This document shows, one piece after another, positions 56,624 through 64,000 of a stretch of 64,000 nucleotides of DNA. Numbering within the stretch: position 1 is the first letter of the stretch; each line of letters starts with the position of its first letter. The notes under the pieces are model-generated. The model searched no databases. It was given only the letters and a program-made list of their open reading frames with translations, and had not been told where the DNA came from. This DNA is from Nitrospirota bacterium (lineage in GTDB: Bacteria > Nitrospirota > UBA9217). The translations under genes were made by a program, and so were the position numbers. The DNA lies in contig CAWIYV010000001.1 in the NCBI GenBank assembly GCA_963840455.1, forward strand, positions 256,001 to 320,000, written 5' to 3'.

Positions 56624-57037
56624 TTAGGGCGCACCAGTGCAGGCGCCTAGTGCTTCGATTACAGAGTTCAAAGACCGAATTGCTATATTCAAGTTGTACA
56701 CGAAATCCGCAGGGATATCGGAGGCTCCTGCACGACGCGCACATGAAGCAGCGGTGTCGAGTTCTGCTATTGCTATGGTGCAATTACAGTCCATCGCAGC
56801 CTTTTCTGCGTCTCCAAGGGCACTTTTTGCACGCATTGCATAATCTTTTGCAACTTCAAAAGTGGTCTCATTTTTAGCCCGCACGAGTTTCGTACGAGCG
56901 TCACCAACGAAGAAGGAAAGCGTGCTGCAAGATGTTGCCGATGTGTCTGGAACCGCAATTAAGAAAAGAAAAAACAAGATACCACACATAGATAAAATCC
57001 TGATGTCGTCATTTGTTATTCCCCCCTTCTCATGCAT
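56624..57037 (-). CDS. Hypothetical exported helical Cys-containing protein (start uncertain)
   Basis: Hydrophobic leader, then DARTKL.RA...AKDYA.RAKSAL.DA..AAMDCNC. Confidence 0.6.
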   Translation of the reverse strand: MHEKGGITNDDIRILSMCGILFFLFLIAVPDTSATSCSTLSFFVGDARTKLVRAKNETTFEVAKDYAMRAKSALGDAEKAAMDCNCTIAIAELDTAASCARRAGASDIPADFVYNLNIAIRSLNSVIEALGACTGAP

Positions 57038-57234
57038 CAGGAATCAGTTCTTGTTAGATAACTATATCATAAAGTGACATTTCTAGGCGAGGAATTGTCC
57101 TCTTATATTTCTGCTGGTGTGTGAAATTGTCGGGCGTCTGCGTGTTATAGTGAATCGCGTGGCCGGTCATGGCCGACGGCGCATATGACGCGTGAGTAAG
57201 TGAACCCGAGGAAGCATAAAGGAGCATCGGAGAT

Positions 57235-57797
57235 ATGAGAGTCTTTAAAATTTCTTTACAATGCACTGCGTTCGTTGGGTTGTTTCTCTTCACTGCATGC
57301 ACGAAACCAACAACGAATTTCTCCAGCATATGGAAGGATGAGACATATCAGGTGCAGACCGAAAAGATCCTTGTGATCAATGCATTTAAAGATCCCGGGT
57401 ACAGAAGGCAGTTCGAAGACGGGTTCGTGACGGCATTAAAGGATCCGCGGGATAGATGCCGTCGTGAGTTACAGAGTTATGCTCGACCCAGTCGTGGACG
57501 ATAAAGACGCTATTGCGGTACAAGCAAAAGCAGTCGGCGCGGATGCCGTGTTTATTAACAGACCTCGTGGAACGGAACAGAAGGAAGTTTGGGTTTCCGC
57601 CGATGGTACTGACGAATATAAGTTATATATTAATACGCAAACAGATGTCTATGACATTAAGTCGAACAGATTGGTCTTTAGCGTTTCAGCGGAAACGCGG
57701 ATACACAAAAAGGAAGCTTTACGCTGACCAAATACAATCCTACATTAAAGATCTCGTAAATATGATGTCGCAAGCGGGGCTCTTGCCGAAGCAGTGA
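57235..57797 (+). pseudogene. Putative lipoprotein with two frameshifts (about 57445 and 57712)
   Basis: Lipobox FTAC, WKDETY, RRQFED; homology continues in ORFs 57464-57727 and 57513-57797. Confidence 0.65.
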
Positions 57798-57957
57798 CGA
57801 CCTTGCGGAAGCTGCCCGCTTCCGTTTCGGCCGTTTGAGTTTCTACTAAATGGATGGGGTAACATATGGGGCAATTCATAAAATCGAATTAAATAGTGTA
57901 TCGTTAGTACAGGAAGTTATCTAAACTGATATATTCTCATGCTCTCCCGCCAACAAT

Positions 57958-57995
57958 AAAAAAACCCTCACGGGAATTCCCGTGAGGGTTTTTTA
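57958..57995 (-). terminator. Intrinsic (bidirectional) terminator after c7 copy 2
   Basis: aaaaccctcacggg-aatt-cccgtgagggtttt. Confidence 0.85.
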
Positions 57996-58013
57996 CTGCC
58001 GAATAATGACATC

Positions 58014-58337
58014 CTACTTCTTGTGACACTTGCCGCAATTCGCCGCATCACCAGCCTTGAAGGCCTTCGTGCCATTGTGGCACGCACCGCAGAACTTGCC
58101 GGCATTGATGTCGGCCATCTTGATTGCGTCGCCGCCCTTCTTCATCTTAAAAAGGCCCGACTGATGACAGTCAGCGCATTTGGCACCCTTGTCAGCGTGG
58201 GCCTTGCCGTCGAACACGACCTTGCCCTGAGCACCGCCGGCGAACTCCACGGTCTTGCCCGCCGGAACCGCGAATGCGGAAACCGCCAGGACGAACGAAA
58301 CCACCACTACGAGGGCCAATACGAAGAATTTCTTCAT
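58014..58337 (-). CDS. c7-type triheme periplasmic cytochrome, copy 2
   Basis: Signal peptide; VVFDGKAH, CADCH, CGACH, CGKCH; Met of KMADI preceding the middle CxxCH. Confidence 0.92.
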   Translation of the reverse strand: MKKFFVLALVVVVSFVLAVSAFAVPAGKTVEFAGGAQGKVVFDGKAHADKGAKCADCHQSGLFKMKKGGDAIKMADINAGKFCGACHNGTKAFKAGDAANCGKCHKK

Positions 58338-58527
58338 GTATGTTTCACCTCCTTCCATTATCTATATCAAAATGGATATTACTCTGTAAGACACTGTTGC
58401 ATGCAATAGGTTATATAGAACAGTATGAAGACCCGGGTATTTTTTCCCTATTCCAAGGAACAGCGACAGGACGGCGTGCCAGGATGTCGCGACCGTTCCG
58501 GTGCCTGCGTTGCGTTCAATTTATGAA

Positions 58528-58563
58528 TAAAACCCCCACGGGAAATCCCGTGGGGGTTTTTTA
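58528..58563 (-). terminator. Intrinsic terminator after c7 copy 1
   Basis: aaaacccccacggg-aaat-cccgtgggggtttt. Confidence 0.85.
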
Positions 58564-58581
58564 CTGCCGAATAATGACATC

Positions 58582-58905
58582 CTACTTCTTGTGGCACTTG
58601 CCGCATGCAGCCGCGTCCTTCACGGAGAAGGCCTTGGTGCCGTTGTGGCAGCCGCCGCAAGCCTTGCCGGCTTCCATGTCCTTCATGGTCGCCTTGGTCT
58701 CGCCCTTCTTCATCTTGAAGAGGCCGGACTGATGACAGTCAGCGCACTTGGCGCCCTTGTCAGCGTGGGCCTTGCCGTCGAACACGACCTTGCCGGCCGC
58801 GCCGCCCGCGAACTCAACGGTCTTCCCTGCCGGGACCGCGAACGCGGAGACGGCCAGGACGAACGAAACCACTACTACGATAGCCAATACGAAGAATTTC
58901 TTCAT
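58582..58905 (-). CDS. c7-type triheme periplasmic cytochrome, copy 1
   Basis: CADCH, CGGCH, CGKCH; near-identical to copy 2. Confidence 0.92.
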   Translation of the reverse strand: MKKFFVLAIVVVVSFVLAVSAFAVPAGKTVEFAGGAAGKVVFDGKAHADKGAKCADCHQSGLFKMKKGETKATMKDMEAGKACGGCHNGTKAFSVKDAAACGKCHKK

Positions 58906-58976
58906 GTATGTTTCACCTCCTTTCGTTGGCAAAGTATACTCAATGATACATTATGACACCGTGAACTGCAGAAAGT

Positions 58977-59993
58977 TTATAGGAACGCCTTGGGGCTGCG
59001 GTACTCGTGGCACTGCACGCAGTCCTTCTTGGCAGACGCCTCGGTGACCCGCCAGAGATGCGGCCTGTGGCAGTCCTTGCACTGCATGTCCATATCGAGG
59101 TGCACCCTGTGTTTCCCGACCCTGGGGATCGTGGCATGACAGCCCAGGCAATGCGTGCTGCCCGGCCTGACCTTGCCCTGCGTGTGCGGCTTGTGGCACT
59201 CGTAGCAGTAGAACTGCATGGGCGCCTTCTCATCGAACACGATCTTCACGGCTCTCTTGATGGTCGCCACTTCGGGCTGGAAGAATCGGACGTCCATGGT
59301 GGCATCTTCCTTCAGCTGCTTCTTGATGTTCTCGTCGCTGCTGTGGCAATAGAGGCACTTCAACCTGCCCGGCCTCAGGTCCTTGGTGCGGTCCGTGTGG
59401 CAGTTGAGGCAGGCCAGGCCGCCCATGCCCTCGCCGTGCACCTGCTTGCCTATGTGGCACTTGGTGCAGAACTTTTCCGTCGGAAGGAAATGATGGAGCC
59501 CCGACTTGTCTGCCTTTACCTCGCCGTGGCATTCAGTGCACTCGATCTGCTCCATGTACACGTGCTTCGCATGGAACAGCGACTTGTTGATCTGCTTCGC
59601 CTTCGTGGATGTGTGGCAATCGTTGCAGGTCTTGGAGCTGACGATGACCTGCCCCTTGTGGCGCTCGGGCACCTTGTTGGGACGGTGCATCACAAAGCTG
59701 ATTAAGAGCTGGTTCTGCTCCGGGATGGTCAGATGATGGCAGTCATGGCAATTGAGCTTCTGGTGCTCGCTCTTGGCCCAGCTGTCGTAGGCTTCCTGCA
59801 TGAGGTGACAGCCGACGCAGAACTTGGGGTTGTTCTGGGTGAAGTCGTAGAACTTGTAAGCAACGAACCCGCCGCCGCCCACGATGATCAGGAGCAGGGA
59901 AACGATCAGGATCTTGGCCTTCAGCGTCATCGGCTCCTGGAGCCGGTCCTTGGCCCACTGAAACTTCTCTTTGAACCAGGCAATGACCTTCAT
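58977..59993 (-). CDS. Membrane-anchored multiheme cytochrome c (NapC/NirT-like N-terminus, 11 CxxCH)
   Basis: One TM, then FCVGCHLM (CxxCHxM) and ten further CxxCH motifs. Confidence 0.92.
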   Translation of the reverse strand: MKVIAWFKEKFQWAKDRLQEPMTLKAKILIVSLLLIIVGGGGFVAYKFYDFTQNNPKFCVGCHLMQEAYDSWAKSEHQKLNCHDCHHLTIPEQNQLLISFVMHRPNKVPERHKGQVIVSSKTCNDCHTSTKAKQINKSLFHAKHVYMEQIECTECHGEVKADKSGLHHFLPTEKFCTKCHIGKQVHGEGMGGLACLNCHTDRTKDLRPGRLKCLYCHSSDENIKKQLKEDATMDVRFFQPEVATIKRAVKIVFDEKAPMQFYCYECHKPHTQGKVRPGSTHCLGCHATIPRVGKHRVHLDMDMQCKDCHRPHLWRVTEASAKKDCVQCHEYRSPKAFL

Positions 59994-60036
59994 TCCCCCC
60001 CCTGCAATTTCTGTTTCCTTCACGTTTGAGCCACGA

Positions 60037-60065
60037 TTTATAGCATAGCGGGCAAACAAAGTCAA
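60037..60065 (-). promoter_or_regulatory. Putative sigma-70 promoter for the multiheme/c7 genes
   Basis: TTGACT-N17-TATAAA with TG extended -10. Confidence 0.6.
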
Positions 60066-60312
60066 TAGCTATCGCAATCTTCCCCCATCCCCTGCCTCTG
60101 CAACCATCCCGAATTCCCCGGTATGACGGAACACCGGGAGGAGTGCTGTGTTCTGGCAAGGGGGAACGTAGGCATGATGCACGCGGATCGCCGTTATCCG
60201 GCGGCCGGACCGGTGTTGCGGGCCGGTCCATCACCCGGCACCTCAAATCCTGACTATCAATGCTTGCATACACAGAACGAGCGGCGGCACAAGCGCAAAA
60301 ACCACTTTTTTC

Positions 60313-60341
60313 TTGACAATACAGGCCCCGAATCATACCAT
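60313..60341 (+). promoter_or_regulatory. Putative sigma-70 promoter for the Rieske operon
   Basis: TTGACA-N17-TACCAT. Confidence 0.6.
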
Positions 60342-60438
60342 ACTTCCATCATTACAGAATGAGAATGCATCCCGAGCAGCGCCCCGCCATCAACATAATT
60401 GTAATTCCCATTTCCTTCTTCCATGACAGGGAGGTCCG

Positions 60439-60849
60439 ATGAAGCGACGGAGTTTTCTCAAATTAGCGCTTGCCTTCCTGGGAGCAACGAGCCTTGCCTC
60501 CTTCATCTACCCGATCTTCCGGTATCTCGCGCCGTCCGCAAGCGCGGAGCGGTCCAAGGCCGTCATCATCCCGAAGCGCGACATCCCTCTGGGCGAAGCC
60601 AAGGAGATCGTGTTCAACAACATCCCGGCGGTCGTCCTGAACCGTCCCGGCAAGGGGCTCATCGCCTTGTCCCGGGTCTGTACACACCTCGGATGCCTGG
60701 TGCAATACGACAAGGAGAACACAAGGCTGCTCTGCCCCTGCCACGCGGGGGTCTATGACCTCGAGGGGAACATCGTCTCAGGACCGCCGCCGAAGCCCCT
60801 GCCGAAGCTGCCGCTCAGGGTCGAGGGCGAGACCATCGTGATAGGGTGA
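60439..60849 (+). CDS. Rieske 2Fe-2S subunit of a Rieske/cytochrome b complex
   Basis: Tat motif KRRSFL; CTHLGC and CPCHAG; GPPP.PL. Confidence 0.95.
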   Translation: MKRRSFLKLALAFLGATSLASFIYPIFRYLAPSASAERSKAVIIPKRDIPLGEAKEIVFNNIPAVVLNRPGKGLIALSRVCTHLGCLVQYDKENTRLLCPCHAGVYDLEGNIVSGPPPKPLPKLPLRVEGETIVIG

Positions 60850-61946
60850 CAACCATGTGGGAACGGCTCAACAACTGGCTGGAAGTGCGGATCGGGGTCG
60901 ATGACCTGATCAGGTCGCAGGTCACCGAGTACCGGGTGCCGAAGAACATCAATATCTTCTACACCTTCGGATTCGTGGCTGCGGTCGGCTACCTGATCCA
61001 GATCCTTTCCGGGATCATGCTGCTCATCTATTACGTTCCCCATCCTGACCATGCCTTCCGGAGCGTCCAGGACATCATGCTCAAGGTCCCCTACGGCTGG
61101 CTTTTCCGGCAGATGCATGTCATGGGCAGCAACCTCATGATCGCCGCGATCGGGCTCCACATGCTCACGGTTTTCGTCATGGGGAATTACAAGCGGCCGC
61201 GGGAGCTCACCTGGGTCGGCGGCGCGCTCCTGTTCTCCGTGACCATCGCCTTCGGGTTCAGCGGCTATCTCCTGCCCTGGACCCAGCTGAGCTACTGGGC
61301 GACCACGGTGGTGACTTCCATCCCGACCGCCGTCCCCGTGGTCGGCGATTTCGTGGCCCGGATCCTGCGGGGCGGCGACCAGGTGACCGGGGCGACGCTC
61401 AGCAGGTTCTTCGCTTTCCATGTATCGATCCTCCCGCCCCTGTTCCTGCTCCTCGCGGGATTCCACCTCTTCCTGGTCAAGCGGATCGGCATCTCGGCGA
61501 CGCCCTTCGGCCTGCCGGCCGAGGAGAAACGGCCATGGACCGAATATCACAAGAAGAGCCATGTGGACGGCTATCCGTACTATCCCCGGTTCTTCCAGAT
61601 GGACATGCTCATGGTCATGGTCTATCTGGCCGTCATGTTCTTCCTGATCACGTTCCTGCCGAACGTCTTCTTCCCTGCGGATGCCACGATACCCGCGGAC
61701 CCCTTCAAGACACCGGTCAGCGTCCGTCCGGAATGGTACCTGCTCGCGCAATATCAGCTGCTCAAGATCATCCCGAACAAGTTCTTCGGGATCATCATCC
61801 AACTGGTCCTGTTCACCCTCTTCCTCCTCTGGCCGTTCTTCGATACGGAGAAGGAAAAGAACATCATGAAACGGCCCATGCTGCGCGTCCTCTTCCTCTT
61901 TGCCTTCATCTTGTGGGTGATCCTCATGTTCTGGGGGAGGTCTTGA
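60846..61946 (+). CDS. Cytochrome b (b6-like fused to subunit IV)
   Basis: GWLFRQMH...LH, ELTWVGG, GYLLPW, RFFAFH...FH, PEWY. Confidence 0.95.
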   Translation: MTTMWERLNNWLEVRIGVDDLIRSQVTEYRVPKNINIFYTFGFVAAVGYLIQILSGIMLLIYYVPHPDHAFRSVQDIMLKVPYGWLFRQMHVMGSNLMIAAIGLHMLTVFVMGNYKRPRELTWVGGALLFSVTIAFGFSGYLLPWTQLSYWATTVVTSIPTAVPVVGDFVARILRGGDQVTGATLSRFFAFHVSILPPLFLLLAGFHLFLVKRIGISATPFGLPAEEKRPWTEYHKKSHVDGYPYYPRFFQMDMLMVMVYLAVMFFLITFLPNVFFPADATIPADPFKTPVSVRPEWYLLAQYQLLKIIPNKFFGIIIQLVLFTLFLLWPFFDTEKEKNIMKRPMLRVLFLFAFILWVILMFWGRS

Positions 61947-62797
61947 TGCGGTACCTTGTTCTGTCCCTGATGATGATCGTAAGCCTCCCCTCGTTCGCGG
62001 CGGCAGGATACCAGGAGGATTTCGCCCGGGAGTTCCTGTCCAAGACCTGGATGGGCGAGCGGATCGAGGAGAACGCCTGCATCGACTGCCACTCCTCGGA
62101 ACAGATGAAACCGTCCTTCAGGGACATCCCCGATGAATGGAAGAAGAGCTGGCATGCCCAGAACAACATATCCTGCAACGACTGCCACGGCGGGGACCCG
62201 AAGGACCCCTCGGTGTCCATGACGCACCAGCGGGGCTTCGTCGGCGCCCCTGCGCCGCGCCAGGTTCCCGAGTTCTGCGGAAAATGCCACATCGGCATCC
62301 TGAAGAACTACCTGGAGAGCGGCCACGGGAAAGCCCTCCGTTCCACCGGCAAAGGTCCGCATTGCGTGGTCTGCCACGGATCACACAATATCCAGCGGGC
62401 GAACATCGAGATCATCAACGAACAGCGGTGCACGAAATGCCATACCTACGAGCGGGCAAAGGTCATGAAGCAGGCATTGTTCCTCGTGGAGAAGAAGGCG
62501 GGGGAGATCGAGGACGGGATCAAGGCACTGCGGCGCGCCGGCATCTATCCGGCGGAGCAGGAGCGGGCGCTGTTCAACACCGAGGTGGAGTTCCGGACCC
62601 TCTTCCATACGGTCGACGTGTCCCTGGTCAACGAGCGTACCGATGAGTTCACCCGCAAGCTGGGCGCCATCGAGAAGGACATCCAGGACACGTTCATCGA
62701 ACTGCGGTCCCACAGAAATTTCTCTGCGTTCCTCATGATGCTCTTCATCGGCATGGGCATCACGATCTACCTGCTTCACCAAACGAAGGACAAATAA
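61946..62797 (+). CDS. Pentaheme cytochrome c with C-terminal membrane anchor
   Basis: ATG overlaps the cyt b TGA; signal peptide; CIDCH, CNDCH, CGKCH, CVVCH, CTKCH. Confidence 0.92.
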   Translation: MRYLVLSLMMIVSLPSFAAAGYQEDFAREFLSKTWMGERIEENACIDCHSSEQMKPSFRDIPDEWKKSWHAQNNISCNDCHGGDPKDPSVSMTHQRGFVGAPAPRQVPEFCGKCHIGILKNYLESGHGKALRSTGKGPHCVVCHGSHNIQRANIEIINEQRCTKCHTYERAKVMKQALFLVEKKAGEIEDGIKALRRAGIYPAEQERALFNTEVEFRTLFHTVDVSLVNERTDEFTRKLGAIEKDIQDTFIELRSHRNFSAFLMMLFIGMGITIYLLHQTKDK

Positions 62798-62855
62798 TCC
62801 TGAGCCGGGCAGAGGGACGCTGTGGTCCGTCCGGGAGCAAGTCGCATAAAACAAC

Positions 62856-62887
62856 AAAAGGAGCAGCGGCCATCGCTGCTCCTTTTA
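62856..62887. terminator. Bidirectional terminator between convergent operons
   Basis: aaaaggagcagcg-gccat-cgctgctcctttt. Confidence 0.8.
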
Positions 62888-62971
62888 TAATTTACGCGCC
62901 TGCCCCGCAGACATCCCTGCAGGCCGTCCCTGCAGCACCACCCGTGTCCACCCGAGAGAAGATGTCCCTCG

Positions 62972-64000
62972 CTACTGCCCCTTCGTCTCGAACCGCAGTT
63001 TCCCGGTATAGATGGGGATCGCGAACTTGAGCAGGACCGTGTAGAGAAGCGCTCCTGCAGCCCAGATGCCCATGGCGGTGATGATCTCGGGGGTCGTGGG
63101 CGTATACTCGTAGATCTCACCGAGCGTGTCGGGAATGAAGCCCGGGACGATGAGCCCCATGCCTTTTTCGATGTACACCCCGATGATGACAAAAATGCAG
63201 CCCATGTTGAGCGTGGTGAAGTTCTCCCGCGTCCGCGGGAAGAGGAACAGGAAGAACGCCGAGATGTTGAGCGCGCTTGCGAACCACATCCAGGGCACAA
63301 GCGCGCTCTTGCCGTGCAGGCCGAAATAGAGATACTGCATGGGATAGGAGTGGATGCTGCCGGAATAGAACTCTTTGAACGCCTCGGCGCCGAGGAGAAA
63401 GAGGTTCACGCCCATGGCATAGGCGATGAGCTCGGCGATCTTGAAGATCGCTCGGTTGTCGATCTCCACCTCTGATTTTTTCCGGATGATCTGGAACAGC
63501 ACGATCATGATGGCAGGACCGGAGCAGAACGCCGAGGCGAGGAAGCGCGGCGCGAGAATCGAGGCGTTCCAGAAGGGCCTGGCCGACAGGCCATTATACA
63601 GGAATGCCGTTACCGTGTGGATGCTCACAGCCCAGGGAATGGACAGGATGATGAGCGGCCCGATGACCGACATGCTGTATTCCTTCCCGATGGAAAGGCG
63701 GTAGAGCACGTAGAACGCGATGACCGCGTTGATCGCCAGATACCCGTTCAGGACCACGACGTCCCAGGCAAGCAGTGACGAGGGAAAGTTCATCGTCCCC
63801 AGGACCGGCAAAATATGCCAGACCCGCAGCGGCTGGCCCATGTCCACCATGATGAAGAGGATGCACATGGTGATCGCCGTGATAGCCAGGAGCTCTCCGA
63901 AGAGCACGATCTCCTTGATGGGCTTGAAGTTATAGAGATAGGCGGGGACCACGAGCAGCACGGCCGCTGCCGCGACGCCAACGAGAAACGTGAAATTCGA
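62972..64000 (-). CDS. NrfD/DsrP-family quinone-interacting membrane subunit, 3' part
   Basis: VDMGQP.R.W, SLLAWDV, SIPWAVSIHTVTAF, APRFLASAF.SGPA, IEKGMGL.VPG; start lies beyond the window. Confidence 0.9.
   Translation of the reverse strand, partial: SNFTFLVGVAAAAVLLVVPAYLYNFKPIKEIVLFGELLAITAITMCILFIMVDMGQPLRVWHILPVLGTMNFPSSLLAWDVVVLNGYLAINAVIAFYVLYRLSIGKEYSMSVIGPLIILSIPWAVSIHTVTAFLYNGLSARPFWNASILAPRFLASAFCSGPAIMIVLFQIIRKKSEVEIDNRAIFKIAELIAYAMGVNLFLLGAEAFKEFYSGSIHSYPMQYLYFGLHGKSALVPWMWFASALNISAFFLFLFPRTRENFTTLNMGCIFVIIGVYIEKGMGLIVPGFIPDTLGEIYEYTPTTPEIITAMGIWAAGALLYTVLLKFAIPIYTGKLRFETKGQ

Larger units (their letters stand above)
55801..57952. mobile_element. Degenerate genomic islet integrated at the selC 3' end
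   Basis: 20-bp direct repeat ATTCTCATGCTCTCCCGCCA at 55801-55820 and 57933-57952; AT-richer interior; no integrase. Confidence 0.85.

Noticed and set aside
58467-58484. Sigma-54 promoter upstream of c7 copy 2
   Set aside because: TGGCAC is present on the - strand, but the -12 TTGC element is missing.
1-64000. Selenoprotein genes accompanying selC
   Set aside because: I saw no in-frame TGA at a Cys-equivalent position; TlpA and other redox motifs use Cys.

Overview
GC-rich bacterial chromosome segment. Gene content suggests an anaerobic Nitrospirota/Desulfobacterota-like organism (inference). Core genes: leuS (partial), der, dnaB, rplI, recQ, mutS, UDG, nadK-tsaE-CBS-nnr-acpS-pdxJ, argD-argF and selC. 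Signalling and transport: a CbrA/CrbS-type SLC5-histidine kinase with a small upstream membrane peptide and a sigma-54 activator, and a TlpA-NosL-ABC-Cys/His-rich membrane protein operon. Respiratory block: system II cytochrome c maturation, two tandem c7 trihemes, an 11-heme cytochrome, a Rieske/cyt b/pentaheme complex and an NrfD/DsrP protein. Accessory DNA: an intact IS5-family element, an integrase-less array of four attC-bounded cassettes directly in front of mutS, a further isolated attC, and a decayed 2.1-kb islet at the 3' end of tRNA-Sec. The most unusual signal is a set of inverted 7-, 8- and 9-bp-period tandem repeats at many gene junctions. One pair brackets a four-helix-bundle gene, with its upstream arm triplicated as a 128-bp unit, and one array is translated inside the MutS linker. 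Several +1 single-base frameshifts are probably sequencing errors. All calls come from reading the sequence and ORF track; no database searches were run.
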